From assembly GCA_965237675.1 (NCBI GenBank), contig OZ250150.1, positions 2,976,001 to 3,040,000 of the forward strand: a stretch of DNA of 64,000 nt, in the 5' to 3' direction. Shown here piece after piece: positions 40,068-51,390 of the stretch; within the stretch, counting starts at the first letter, position 1, and each line of letters opens with the position of its first letter. The translations under genes and the position numbers were made by a program. This DNA is from Candidatus Latescibacterota bacterium (GTDB lineage Bacteria > Latescibacterota > UBA2968 > GCA-2709665). The notes beneath the pieces are model-generated. The model was not told the origin of the DNA, ran no database searches, and was given only the letters and a program-made list of their open reading frames with translations.

Positions 40068-41201
40068 ATGAAAATTACCGAGGTCAAGACGTTTCCCGTA
40101 TTTTACGGTTCCCGAAACTACCTCTTTGTCAAAATTGAAACCGACGAAGGCATCTACGGCGTGGGTGAATTCGGCATCACGTGGAAGGAGCAGGCCGGCG
40201 TCGGCGCCATCCGGCACATGGCCTCCGATCTCATCGGTCAGGATCCGCTCAACATAGAAACCATCTGGCAGATCCTGTTCAGGGGCGACTTCTTCCCGGG
40301 TGGGCGCATCCACATGGCGGCGATAAGCGCGATCGATATCGCCCTGTGGGACATCAAGGGCAAGGCACTGAACCAGCCGGTCTATATGCTGCTGGGCGGC
40401 AGGATCCGGGACCGTGTGGTCTGCTACACCGGCATCGGCGGCAGGAGTCCTGAAGAAACGGCACGTTCAGCGAAGGACCGGGTCTCCGAAGGGTGGAAAT
40501 ATCTGCGCATGTCCGTCCTCGATCGTGACGGCGTCCTTGAACCCTCAACGGCCGTTCGGGATTCGGTAGCGCACTTCGCCGCGGTTCGGGAAGCCGTTGG
40601 CCCGGAAATCGAAATCTGCATCGACGTTCACACACGGCTGGACCCGCCCGACACGATCCGCCTGGGTCGCAAACTGGAATCGTACGATCCGTTTTTCATC
40701 GAAGACCCTCTCAGATGTGAAAACCCGCAAACCTACCGGCTGGTCCGCAACCACGTGAACTGTCCGCTTGCCGTGGGCGAACACTACGCCAGCAAGTGGG
40801 AATTCCGCCAACTCATCGAAGAAGAACTGGCCGACTACGCGCGCATCGACCTCTGTATTGTCGGCGGTCTCACCGAGGCTCGCAAGGTGGCCAACTGGTG
40901 CGAGACCCACTACATCAAAATCGTACCCCACAACCCGCTTGGACCGGTTTCGGCCGCCGCCTGCCTCCACCTGGACGTTGCCACGGACAACTTCGCCGTG
41001 CAGGAAGGCGGTCTGGTTGGACGCACCGTCATGGAGGACCTGTTTCCCGTACAGGTGCCGTACGAATCGGGTTACCTTATTGCGCCCGACCGCCCCGGGC
41101 TGGGGGTCGAATTCGACGAAGCCGCGGCCGGGAAATATCCGTTCCGGTGGGGGCACGGCCCCCGTCTTCAACGGGAAGACGGATCGTTCACGAACTGGTA
41201 G
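40068..41201 (+). CDS. Mandelate racemase/enolase superfamily dehydratase (galactonate dehydratase-like)
   Basis: IDIALWDIKGK, DVH, FIEDP, GE, PHNPLGP, PGLG. Confidence 0.88.
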   Translation: MKITEVKTFPVFYGSRNYLFVKIETDEGIYGVGEFGITWKEQAGVGAIRHMASDLIGQDPLNIETIWQILFRGDFFPGGRIHMAAISAIDIALWDIKGKALNQPVYMLLGGRIRDRVVCYTGIGGRSPEETARSAKDRVSEGWKYLRMSVLDRDGVLEPSTAVRDSVAHFAAVREAVGPEIEICIDVHTRLDPPDTIRLGRKLESYDPFFIEDPLRCENPQTYRLVRNHVNCPLAVGEHYASKWEFRQLIEEELADYARIDLCIVGGLTEARKVANWCETHYIKIVPHNPLGPVSAAACLHLDVATDNFAVQEGGLVGRTVMEDLFPVQVPYESGYLIAPDRPGLGVEFDEAAAGKYPFRWGHGPRLQREDGSFTNW

Positions 41202-41295
41202 CCTGCGAAGCGGCGCGTAACGCAACAGGGTGGGTAGTGAGACGCGGAGCGGACGGCCGAAATGCCGGGCGACGTTCGAAAATAACCAGACGTAC

Positions 41296-41337
41296 AAAAA
41301 AAGGGCTACGCCTTGTTGGCGTAACCCTTTGTTTTTC
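41296..41337 (-). terminator. Terminator downstream of tRNA-Leu (probably bidirectional)
   Basis: AAAGGGTTACGCC-AACAA-GGCGTAGCCCTTTTTTT on minus strand. Confidence 0.7.
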
Positions 41338-41338
41338 A

Positions 41339-41425
41339 TGGTGCCGAAGCCGAGACTCGAACTCGGACGGGCATGCGCCCACTGCGCCCTCAACACAGCG
41401 TGTCTACCATTTCCACCACTTCGGC
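41339..41425 (-). tRNA. tRNA-Leu(GAG)
   Basis: GCCGAAG acceptor stem, anticodon arm CTGTG-TTGAGGG-CGCAG, long variable arm, GTTCGAG T-loop, CCA end; usual position after secG. Confidence 0.95.
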
Positions 41426-41533
41426 AAAAAAGAACCGACCCCCTGCAGCACCGATCGGAGAACCTGTGTCAGACGGATTCGCCGACACCGGCTCTCATTC
41501 GATTCGTGACGTCCTGCGGGTCGGAAGGAGCCG

Positions 41534-41929
41534 CTACCGCCCCGTATCGGCCGGAGAAGTTGCCGGTGCGGTTCTTTCGGTAGCCGTACCCTGTCTGGTT
41601 TCTCCCAGTGGCAGAGGTTGGCCTCGATGCGTGCCTCGAAGCGGCACGGGCTGTTCCCGGAGCGCCCGCTCGGCCGCGGTGTCCGGCGCCGTAGTGTCGC
41701 CTCTGGACGTATACCAGAGGCCGATACAGGTCAGGAAAAAGGCCACCGCAAGAAACGTCGTTACCTTGCTGAGAAACGTTGCGGCGCCAGCCCCACCAAA
41801 CATCGCGCTCCCGCCGCCGCCGCCGCCAAAAGCGGTGGACAACCCACCCCCTTTACTGGCTTGCAGGAGGATGGATACGACTAAGATCAGGCATACCAGA
41901 ATATGTACGATCAGTAGAAAGGTTGCCAT
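41534..41929 (-). CDS. secG: Preprotein translocase subunit SecG
   Basis: ILLQASKGGGLSTAFGG...FLSKVT; follows tpiA. Confidence 0.93.
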   Translation of the reverse strand: MATFLLIVHILVCLILVVSILLQASKGGGLSTAFGGGGGGSAMFGGAGAATFLSKVTTFLAVAFFLTCIGLWYTSRGDTTAPDTAAERALREQPVPLRGTHRGQPLPLGETRQGTATERTAPATSPADTGR

Positions 41930-41953
41930 ATTATTTCCCTGAGCAAAAACAGG

Positions 41954-42709
41954 CTAAAGCGTCGCCTTCACGATGGCCGCGAACGCATCGGGCTCCAGCG
42001 AAGCCCCACCGATCAATCCGCCGTCTATGTTTGGCCGGGAAAACAGATCGGAGGCATTCTCCGGCTTGATGGAACCGCCGTACTGAATGCGTACCGACTC
42101 CGCGACGTTTTCGTTGTAGAGGCCACGCAGCACACCGCGGATTGACGCGTGCACAGATTCGGCCTGCTCGGGCGTTGCCGTCAGGCCCGTGCCGATGGCC
42201 CATACGGGTTCGTAGGCAACCACACAACCGGCCGCCTCCGGCCCTGACACATGATGAAGGGCCCCCGTCACCTGCTGCCCCACTACCTGTACGGTTGCGC
42301 CGGATTGCCGTTCGCCGATGGTTTCACCCACACAAACGACCGGCTTTAACCCCCCGCCGAGGGCGGCCCTAAGCCGCTGATTTACAGTTGTATCCGTCTC
42401 GCCGAAGTAAGTCCGCCGTTCGGAGTGCCCTAATATAACGTACTCACAACCGCATGTCAACAGCATCGCCGCCGAAATCTCCCCGGTAAACGCCCCTTCC
42501 GGTTCCCAGTGCAGATTCTGTGCGCCCAGCGTTACCGAACTCCCCGCCAGACCGGCATGCACACGCTCAAGGGCGGTAAAGGCGGGACATACCACCACGT
42601 CGACCTTCTCGATACCGTCCAACGCCGCCACAACGCCTCTGGCCAGTGTCTCCGCTTCGTCCGCCGTCTTGTGCATCTTCCAGTTTCCGGCCACAATCGG
42701 TGCGCGCAT
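41954..42709 (-). CDS. tpiA: Triosephosphate isomerase
   Basis: AGNWKM, GHSERR, AYEPVWAIGTG, YGGS, GGASL. Confidence 0.98.
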   Translation of the reverse strand: MRAPIVAGNWKMHKTADEAETLARGVVAALDGIEKVDVVVCPAFTALERVHAGLAGSSVTLGAQNLHWEPEGAFTGEISAAMLLTCGCEYVILGHSERRTYFGETDTTVNQRLRAALGGGLKPVVCVGETIGERQSGATVQVVGQQVTGALHHVSGPEAAGCVVAYEPVWAIGTGLTATPEQAESVHASIRGVLRGLYNENVAESVRIQYGGSIKPENASDLFSRPNIDGGLIGGASLEPDAFAAIVKATL

Positions 42710-42748
42710 TTCCTCCTCCGCAATGAGTGGGCAGCCCTCATCGGGCGT

Positions 42749-43942
42749 TTACGATTGTTTTTCCGCCAGCGCAGCCACGCCCGGCAGCACCCTGCCTTCC
42801 AGATATTCCAGGAACGCACCGCCGCCCGTGGAAACATGCCCCAGCCGGTTCGTAAGACCGCACGCTGCCAGCGCGGCGAGGGTTTCGCCGCCGCCGGCCA
42901 GGGAGTTGGCCCCTCGGGAAGTGGCGTCCGCAACGGCGTGGGCCACCGCCCGGGTCCCCCCTGCAAAGGTGGAAATCTCCGAAACGCCCATCGGACCGTT
43001 CCACACCACGGAGCCCGCGTTCCGGATGACTTCCGAGAAGGTCGCACGGGTATCCGGCCCGATATCGAACCCCTCCTGGTCCGCGGGCATTCCGTCTCGA
43101 GGCACAACCCTCGCAGCGGCGCCTTCACGGGCTTCAGACGCCACCACGCAGTCCGTCGGGAGAAGAAGCCGGACCTTCAAAGCGGCCGCACGTTGGAGCA
43201 GGACTTCCGCCATCGCCACCCGGCCCGCCTCCAGCAGAGAACGCCCGATCTCCAGTCCCATCGCCTTGAAAAACGTGTACGCCATACCGCCGCCGATAAG
43301 CAGCGTATCCACACGGGTCAGCAACCGCTCAATCACGTCGATCTTGCCCGAAATCTTCGCGCCGCCCATGACCGCCACAAACGGCCTGGCCGGCTCGGAC
43401 AATGCCTTCTCGAGAGAATCCAGTTCATGTTGCATCAGGAATCCCGCGGCACAATCCACGAAATGATGGGTCATACCCTCTGTGGATGCATGCGCCCTGT
43501 GTGCCGTTCCGAAAGCATCGTTTACATACACGGAACCCAATTCGCAAAGCCGCCGGGCAAACTCGGGATCGTTCGCCTCCTCCCCCGCGTGATACCTCAA
43601 ATTCTCCAGCAGCACGACACCATCCGCGCGTTTTGCAAGCGCCTCGACCTCCGGCCCCACGCAATCCGGCGCCATAACCACCTCGCGCCCCAGCAGTTCA
43701 CACAGGCGTTCGGCCACCGGTTTCAGTGACAGGCCCGGTACGACGCGCCCTTTGGGCCGACCCAGATGGGACATCAGAATCGGCACGCCGCCCCGTTCTA
43801 AAATATACCGTACCGTGGGTAGCACAGCCCGGATCCGCGTGTCGTCCACGACCTCGCCGTTCCGGAGCGGTACGTTGAAATCCGCCCGTACCAGCACCCG
43901 CCGTCCCGCAGGCTCCAGATCCGCAATGGAAAGTTTCGCCAT
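42749..43942 (-). CDS. pgk: Phosphoglycerate kinase
   Basis: RADFNVP, SHLGRP, LLENLRY, NDAFGTAHRAH, WNGPMG, STGGGA. Confidence 0.98.
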   Translation of the reverse strand: MAKLSIADLEPAGRRVLVRADFNVPLRNGEVVDDTRIRAVLPTVRYILERGGVPILMSHLGRPKGRVVPGLSLKPVAERLCELLGREVVMAPDCVGPEVEALAKRADGVVLLENLRYHAGEEANDPEFARRLCELGSVYVNDAFGTAHRAHASTEGMTHHFVDCAAGFLMQHELDSLEKALSEPARPFVAVMGGAKISGKIDVIERLLTRVDTLLIGGGMAYTFFKAMGLEIGRSLLEAGRVAMAEVLLQRAAALKVRLLLPTDCVVASEAREGAAARVVPRDGMPADQEGFDIGPDTRATFSEVIRNAGSVVWNGPMGVSEISTFAGGTRAVAHAVADATSRGANSLAGGGETLAALAACGLTNRLGHVSTGGGAFLEYLEGRVLPGVAALAEKQS

Positions 43943-44282
43943 AATCCCAGTTCTTCGGGCCACCCCCCGGTCGGACTTCACCGGATTCGCCTCATCATTC
44001 TACGAAGGCTGATTAAGAGCGTCTATCGCTTTCTCCAGAACCGCATCTCTTTCCAACGGCTCTCCCGAGGTGGCAACAGAAACGTGAATGTCGGACACGA
44101 ATTCATTTCCTGGGGGCATAAGATCGGGAGCCGGTCCGCGGTGGCATCCCGCAGCACCCGGCTCCCGTATGGCTCGCTTGTGCGAATGAGATGTGCGAGG
44201 GTGGATGTGATCAATACACCGACACGCAGGCGAGGGGACTTCGAACCCCGCGTGATATCGGCCGGCGATGCCAGCTGGAATC

Positions 44283-45467
<1,185 letters not shown>

Positions 45468-45478
45468 TCAATCTTGGG

Positions 45479-46516
45479 TCAGCCGAAGAAGACCCTGGCA
45501 ATATCGTACAGGTTCATATCCACCGTGCGCAGCTTGGATACCGCGTCTTTCAGCGGCACCGGCATGATTTCGGTACCCCGAAGCGCCACCATATTCCCGA
45601 AATCTCCGGCATGCACCAGGTCGATTGCGCTAATGCCGAAGCGCGTGCCCAGGACCCGATCGAATGCCGTGGGGTTACCTCCGCGCTGGATATGGCCCAG
45701 TACGGTCACCCGGGTTTCAAACCCGGTTCGTTTTTCGATTTCATCGCCCAGCACGATGCCAATACCACCCAGACGGACGTGGCCGAACGCATCGCGTTCC
45801 TCGGACTGAAGAACAAGAGATTCATCGGATAGCTTGGCGCCCTCGGCAACCACCACAATACTGAAGGTCTTGCCGCGGTCGTGGCGTTTCTGGATGGAGG
45901 TGCACACCATCTTCAGTTCGACCGGCTGCTCCGGGATCAGTACCATGTCCGCGCCGCCGGCGATGCCGGCCTCTACGGCTATCCATCCTGCGTGACGCCC
46001 CATCACTTCCACCACCATAACGCGGTTGTGGGACTCGGCGGTGGTATGCAACCGATCGATGGCCTCCGTCACAATATTGATGGCCGTATCAAAGCCGAAG
46101 GTCTGGTCCGTGCCGTCCAGGTCGTTATCGATGGTTTTGGGAACTCCAATCACGTTCACACCGTCTTGGTACAGCTTGCTGGCGACGCCGACCGTGTCGT
46201 CTCCGCCAATGGCAATGAGCGCATCCAGCCCCATCTTCACCATATTCTGTTTCACGATGTCGCTGCCGTTGGACTCCTTATAGGGGTTGGTCCGTGAGGT
46301 ACCCAGAATGGTGCCTCCTCTTGGCAGAATACCCGAGACCGCATTCAGGTCCAGCGGCATGGAAATCGACTCGAGCATGCCTCTCCAACCCAGCATGATG
46401 CCCACGATTTCGTATCCGTAAGCGTCTATCCCTTTCCGTGTAACCGCACGTATTACGGCATTCAGCCCAGGGCAATCGCCGCCGCCAGTTAAAATGCCAA
46501 CACGCTCAATCGCCAT
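45479..46516 (-). CDS. pfkA: 6-phosphofructokinase
   Basis: TGGGDCPGLN, GGDD, PKTIDND, MGRHAG, LGHIQRGG. Confidence 0.95.
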   Translation of the reverse strand: MAIERVGILTGGGDCPGLNAVIRAVTRKGIDAYGYEIVGIMLGWRGMLESISMPLDLNAVSGILPRGGTILGTSRTNPYKESNGSDIVKQNMVKMGLDALIAIGGDDTVGVASKLYQDGVNVIGVPKTIDNDLDGTDQTFGFDTAINIVTEAIDRLHTTAESHNRVMVVEVMGRHAGWIAVEAGIAGGADMVLIPEQPVELKMVCTSIQKRHDRGKTFSIVVVAEGAKLSDESLVLQSEERDAFGHVRLGGIGIVLGDEIEKRTGFETRVTVLGHIQRGGNPTAFDRVLGTRFGISAIDLVHAGDFGNMVALRGTEIMPVPLKDAVSKLRTVDMNLYDIARVFFG

Positions 46517-46621
46517 AGGTGCGCTCCGCGCCAGGTCGGATTGTAACGCATGAATTATCGTACGGATGGGGCCCGTCTGCACGGCTTCCTATCCGAAATC
46601 CTACCGGTTCAGAAACGACTG

Positions 46622-46650
46622 AATTTAAGCCATCCGGCTCTTGGTGTCAA
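46622..46650 (-). promoter_or_regulatory. sigma70 promoter of pfkA/glycolysis operon
   Basis: TTGACA-17 bp-TAAATT on minus strand. Confidence 0.55.
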
Positions 46651-46686
46651 GTTGTTTCTTTTGTCAAAGTGTTTGGAATCAACGCG

Positions 46687-47472
46687 TTATATAAAAAGAT
46701 GGGCGGCCGCGTCGTCTCCGTGAGCGTCCGTTTTGTCCGCATCAAAATAGGGACATGCGACGGCCGCCACGGCGACTTCGGATGCGCCCGCTTCCAGGAG
46801 CGCCGCCGCGCACGCATTGGCCGTTGCCCCTGTCGTAACCACATCGTCCACGAGCAGGACCGGGCGGTCTCTCACCAAATCGTCTCGGCGTCCGCGGAAT
46901 GCCCCCTCCATATTCACGCCGCGTTCCGCGGAATCCAGGGCCGTCTGTGTTTCCGTGGCACGTACCCGCTTCAGCGCCCGTTCCTGAACGGACAGATCCA
47001 GCAGCGGCGCCATGGCTCGGGCAATCAACACGCTCTGGTTGTAGCCCCGTTCCCGCTGCCTGCTGCCGTGCAGGGGCACCGGCACCACGACGGGCCGGGC
47101 CGCCGCGAGCGGTTCCCCCGCCAGCATCCGCCCCAACGCGCGGCCCAGGGTCTGCGCGGCAACGGTCTGGCCCTGGTATTTCAACATATGAACCAGACGC
47201 TGAACCGACTGGCTGAACGGGGTAAGCGCGTACAACCGGGTGAAAACGAACACTTTGTCCGTGCAATTCGCGCAGGGGTCGGAAACGCCGGGAGAGCCGC
47301 AACGGAGGCACCGCGGGCCGTTGATTATGCCCAGCGTCGCCCAACATGCGGAGCACAGACCGTCTGGTTCGTCCAGCGGTTCTCGGCACAGCAGACAGTG
47401 TGGTGGATAGACGAATCCGAGTACGGATTCCCGGAGGGCCCGCAGGCAACGGGTGACAGCGTCCATTTTCAT
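46687..47472 (-). CDS. comF: ComF family protein (double zinc ribbon + PRTase)
   Basis: CxxC pairs, PVPLH..R.RERGYNQ, LLVDDVVTTGAT. Confidence 0.9.
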   Translation of the reverse strand: MKMDAVTRCLRALRESVLGFVYPPHCLLCREPLDEPDGLCSACWATLGIINGPRCLRCGSPGVSDPCANCTDKVFVFTRLYALTPFSQSVQRLVHMLKYQGQTVAAQTLGRALGRMLAGEPLAAARPVVVPVPLHGSRQRERGYNQSVLIARAMAPLLDLSVQERALKRVRATETQTALDSAERGVNMEGAFRGRRDDLVRDRPVLLVDDVVTTGATANACAAALLEAGASEVAVAAVACPYFDADKTDAHGDDAAAHLFI

Positions 47473-47649
47473 ATCATTGCGATCGGAAATACGAAAAATG
47501 CCTTGCGAAACCGGCGTGTTACCGATACATTTCCAGACCTGGCGCGATCGTTCGCGAGTGTTCGTCGTATCCGGCTTCGATCGAGCGATTCACGTCTCCC
47601 CGCACCGGCCCCGACCACGCCCATTTGCGCCCCATCGCTTGCGACATCC

Positions 47650-49626
47650 ATGAAAAATACCCGCGCGATTTTCTTCGATCTGGACGGTACGCTCTTCGAT
47701 CTGGATCCGTTGGTTCAGGCCGCGCGAAGGCGTGTTGCCCGCCATCTGCATGGCCATGGCTTCTTCGCCTCCGAATCCTACGCCCTCAGTCGAATCAACG
47801 ACCTGGAACGACGGCACGGACCGTATTACTCGTCGTCTCCTTACTATTTCGCCTTCTACGACATTGCGAAGACCCTTCACCGCGACAAATCCGATCTTCT
47901 CTCGGACTATCTGAAAGCACAGCATCGACACCACGGTCGCCTTGAAGGCGCCGACTCCATCGAAGCCTTCGTGGCCGAACTCGAGTACGTTTACAACAGC
48001 GACGCCGTGGAAGACGTCAAGCTCTTTCCGGGCGCTGTCCAGACCCTTCAGGAACTCCGCGATGCGGGCTGCAGGCTTTTTCTGATTACATTCGGAAGAA
48101 ACCTGCGGCAGCAAAACAAGATTGACCTGCTGAACATCGCGCCCTATTTCCAGCGGATTGTCAACGAAGGTCCGCCCTCCCACGACCATTGGTTCGCGGA
48201 ACTCATCAAAGCCTACAAACTCTCTCCGGAGGAGGTCGTCTGCGTTGGCGACCGGACACACGACGAGATACGGGCGGGCAACCGTCTCGGATGTACAACC
48301 GTGTGGATGCGCCGCGGGCGTTTCGCCGAGGAAGAACCGGTAGAGGGCGACCGGCCCACCCATCAGATCCGGCTTCTCCCGCAGCTCTCAACCCTGATCC
48401 ATCTGGCGGGCAAGGGAAAAGACCGCCAGCGGCTCAAGGTGGTTGCGCTGGGAGGCGGCACCGGGCTACCCATCGTATTGCGCGGCATCCAGACCTATAC
48501 CGACAGCCCGACGGCCGTGGTGGCCGTTACGGACACCGGGGCGTCTTCGGGCCGCATACGCTGGAATCTGGGTGTGCAACCACCCGGTGACATCCGCAAT
48601 GCCCTGACCGCGCTTGCCGATCGGCGGCGGGTCTCCCACGGGCTCACCCGGGTTTTCCAACACCGGTTCCCGGACAGTGAACGGGAAGCCGGTATCTTTC
48701 GAAACGACAATATCGGCAACTTCCTGATTGCCGCGCTGACCCAGCAGTTGGGCGATTTTCAGAAAGCCATTCAGACGGCCGGCGATATGCTGCGCATACG
48801 GGGAGAAGTCTTTCCCGCCACCAACCGGAACGTGGACATTTGCGCCGAACTCGAGAATGGCGAACAGCGGTATACCGAGTGGATGGTGCGCAAAACCGGC
48901 AAATCGCCCATGAAACGCGCGTACCTTGTCGCCAACAGCGACATTCTTCGGGAATTGCAGCGGCCCGACGGCGCCCTCTATCGTAGAGACGACACCCAGA
49001 CCGGCCAGGTCGAGGTCCATGCCAGGCCCGGAAGTGGCTTCTGTCCCGCCAGGAACGAAGCCCGTGCGGCTCACGGCGTGGTGCAGGCCATCGCGGATGC
49101 GGATATTGTGGTGCTGGGCCCGGGCAGCCTGTTCACGAGCGTGATTACAAACCTGCTCGTTCCGGACGTCCAGCGGGCCCTTTGCGCCCGGCAACAGGGT
49201 CGTATCGTCTACATTTGCAACATCGTGACCCAACCGGGGCAGACCGACGGATTTCGGGCATCCGATCATCTCCGCGCCATCCTGCGCCACTTCCCGGAAC
49301 AACATGCGGGCTTTCTGGACCACATGCTTGTTCAAGATCCGGGAGCATTCCACAGGCCGGGTGGCCGCGGGTGGCGGCCGGTGTTGAAGGCCTACCTCAA
49401 CGACGGAAAAGAAACCGTGTTGTGCGATCCTGATGCGATCGGTCGTCTGGTCCCCTTCACCGTTACGGATCTGCTGGAGGACTACACGTCCGAGGTGAAG
49501 AATCGCCGTGCGGGAGACTTTATCAGCCACAATCCGGACCGGGTGGCCGACGCCGTCTGCCGAATCTACTGCGGGCTGGAAGTGCCGGACTACGGGGAGT
49601 TGGACAATGGGCCGCCAAGGGATTGA
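47650..49626 (+). CDS. HAD hydrolase fused to a YvcK/GlmR (CofD-like, UPF0052) domain
   Basis: N-terminal FFDLDGTL...VGDR..DEI; C-terminal VVALGGGTG, DTGASSG, PPGDIRN, GPGSLFTS, TQPGQTDG, HNPD. Confidence 0.85.
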   Translation: MKNTRAIFFDLDGTLFDLDPLVQAARRRVARHLHGHGFFASESYALSRINDLERRHGPYYSSSPYYFAFYDIAKTLHRDKSDLLSDYLKAQHRHHGRLEGADSIEAFVAELEYVYNSDAVEDVKLFPGAVQTLQELRDAGCRLFLITFGRNLRQQNKIDLLNIAPYFQRIVNEGPPSHDHWFAELIKAYKLSPEEVVCVGDRTHDEIRAGNRLGCTTVWMRRGRFAEEEPVEGDRPTHQIRLLPQLSTLIHLAGKGKDRQRLKVVALGGGTGLPIVLRGIQTYTDSPTAVVAVTDTGASSGRIRWNLGVQPPGDIRNALTALADRRRVSHGLTRVFQHRFPDSEREAGIFRNDNIGNFLIAALTQQLGDFQKAIQTAGDMLRIRGEVFPATNRNVDICAELENGEQRYTEWMVRKTGKSPMKRAYLVANSDILRELQRPDGALYRRDDTQTGQVEVHARPGSGFCPARNEARAAHGVVQAIADADIVVLGPGSLFTSVITNLLVPDVQRALCARQQGRIVYICNIVTQPGQTDGFRASDHLRAILRHFPEQHAGFLDHMLVQDPGAFHRPGGRGWRPVLKAYLNDGKETVLCDPDAIGRLVPFTVTDLLEDYTSEVKNRRAGDFISHNPDRVADAVCRIYCGLEVPDYGELDNGPPRD

Positions 49627-50299
49627 AGCCGTCATCTTCGACCTGGACGACACCCTGTTCGACTGCACGGCCCAGCTGACCGAACCGGCGCGCCGCCGCG
49701 CGGCTGAAGTTCTTGCCGCGGCCATCCCTGATTCAACCCCTTCGGCGCTGCATCGTATTCAGGCGCAACTGGTCAGGCATTTCAGCTCCTCGGAAGCCAT
49801 CCGGGAGATCGCACGGCGCCACGAATTGTCAGCGGATCACGCGGAACGCGCGCTATCGGCCTACAACCGGGAGCAAGTGGAAGACATCAGACCCTTCCCG
49901 GATGCGATCCAGACGCTGAATGAACTCGCAGCCAGGAAGTACAGGCTCTGCCTGGTCACGACCGGCCGCCCTGAACGGCAGCGCCAGAAAATACGCCGCC
50001 TGGGTCTGTGTGCGTATTTTGACGAGGAAGATGGCACGCTTTTCTTTCACGACGACCGACGCGTTCCCCGGAAAGACCAGGCGCTACGACAGGCGGTTCG
50101 CAGTCTCAGGCTGCCACCCGCGCGGATTCTGTCGGTAGGGGACAAATTGAGTTCGGAGATCGCCGCGTCGAAACGCCTGGGCATGCGAACCGCCCGCCTG
50201 CGCTCCGGCCGGCAAAAAAACCAGCGCCCTCAGACCCCCGAGGAACGCCCCGATTACGAATTGGATTGTCTTTCCGGCCTGCTCGAATTACTCCCCTGA
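49607..50299 (+). CDS. HAD family hydrolase
   Basis: IFDLDDTL, LVTTG, VGDK...EI; overlaps upstream gene end. Confidence 0.88.
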   Translation: MGRQGIEAVIFDLDDTLFDCTAQLTEPARRRAAEVLAAAIPDSTPSALHRIQAQLVRHFSSSEAIREIARRHELSADHAERALSAYNREQVEDIRPFPDAIQTLNELAARKYRLCLVTTGRPERQRQKIRRLGLCAYFDEEDGTLFFHDDRRVPRKDQALRQAVRSLRLPPARILSVGDKLSSEIAASKRLGMRTARLRSGRQKNQRPQTPEERPDYELDCLSGLLELLP

Positions 50300-51097
50300 A
50301 AAGAACGCGGATTTACGCGGGTTTCGACCGCATTCCACAATCATCGAATCGCCTCGTTGAACCCCCAGCGCCTCCGCGGCGCTGCCCCCATTGACGGCAA
50401 CCTCCAGTGTATCCTCGCTCCCGTATAGTACAAGCGCTTCGCCTTCCGGAACGCCGGCGTACGTCCGGCAAATTCCCGCAAACACGCTTTCTCCCACCCG
50501 GACGCGAACCTCGCCGCCGCCGACTCGCTTCCTGGAAAGATTGCTGACTCCGTTGCCAAAACGATCGATATGTACAATTCGTCCCGCAATGACCCCGTCC
50601 TCCTCCTGGATCGACCAGAGATCCAGGCGTTCGGGATCCGAAACCGGTGGTCCCAGTTCGGCCACCGGGGCGCCGTTACATAGATGCGCCGCGATGGGAC
50701 CGAAGATATCCCGCCCGTGAAAGGTTGGGCTCACCGTGGATCTGAAATACTTCTCATTCCTGATCTCAACGGCATTCCAGTTCCGCTCACGCTGGAACAC
50801 CGCGCTGAACAACCCGTTGTCCGGGCCGACAAACCGGTAATCCGCCGTTTCCACCACAATTGCACGGCGGGCGCTTCCCACGCCCGGATCGACAACCGCG
50901 AGATGAACCGTACCCGGCGGAAAATAGCGGTATGCGCCCGACAGGACGTAGGCCCCGGAGGCCACGTCCTGTGGAGGGACCTGGTGGGAGACGTCCACCA
51001 GCGAGACATCGGGCGCGATCGCGAGCATTGACCCCTTCATTGCGGCCACGTACGGGTCGTGAAGTCCGAAATCCGTTGTCAATGTAATGATGGGCAA
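50288..51097 (-). CDS. SAM hydroxide adenosyltransferase (DUF62, chlorinase/fluorinase-like family)
   Basis: TLTTDFG, VVDPGVG, GPDNG, TFHGRDIF, DRFGN; TTG start with GGAGG RBS. Confidence 0.9.
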   Translation of the reverse strand: MPIITLTTDFGLHDPYVAAMKGSMLAIAPDVSLVDVSHQVPPQDVASGAYVLSGAYRYFPPGTVHLAVVDPGVGSARRAIVVETADYRFVGPDNGLFSAVFQRERNWNAVEIRNEKYFRSTVSPTFHGRDIFGPIAAHLCNGAPVAELGPPVSDPERLDLWSIQEEDGVIAGRIVHIDRFGNGVSNLSRKRVGGGEVRVRVGESVFAGICRTYAGVPEGEALVLYGSEDTLEVAVNGGSAAEALGVQRGDSMIVECGRNPRKSAFFSGE

Positions 51098-51390
51098 AAA
51101 CGCACCTCCCGCGTTCGGCTGGCGATGATGGGCAAACGCCCCGCAGGGGGACGTCGCGGAAAACGCCATGGTACAGGCGACACCAATATAGCAAAAGGGA
51201 TTCGAAAGCAGGAACCAGGATTGCAGCCTGCCCTTCGACTCCGAACCGGCACACCCCGCACGTGGGGACTCCCGAACGGAATGATCGGTTTACGGGCGCG
51301 GGCCCCGCACCGACCGGAAGTCTCGTCTTGGGGCAGGGGCAGGCCACGCGTGGTCGTGACTGCTGTATTGCCGTTTCGGATTCTGTTTCC

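Noticed and set aside
41200-41425. Genomic island integrated at tRNA-Leu
   Set aside because: No integrase next to the tRNA, and I saw no duplicated tRNA 3' end in the window; a normal terminator follows
46519-47649. 1035-aa ORF as a giant protein
   Set aside because: The N-terminal 377 codons are the antisense shadow of comF; the real start is ATG 47650
50288-51097. True fluorinase/chlorinase
   Set aside because: Motifs fit the widespread DUF62 SAM hydrolase and there is no halometabolite cluster around it
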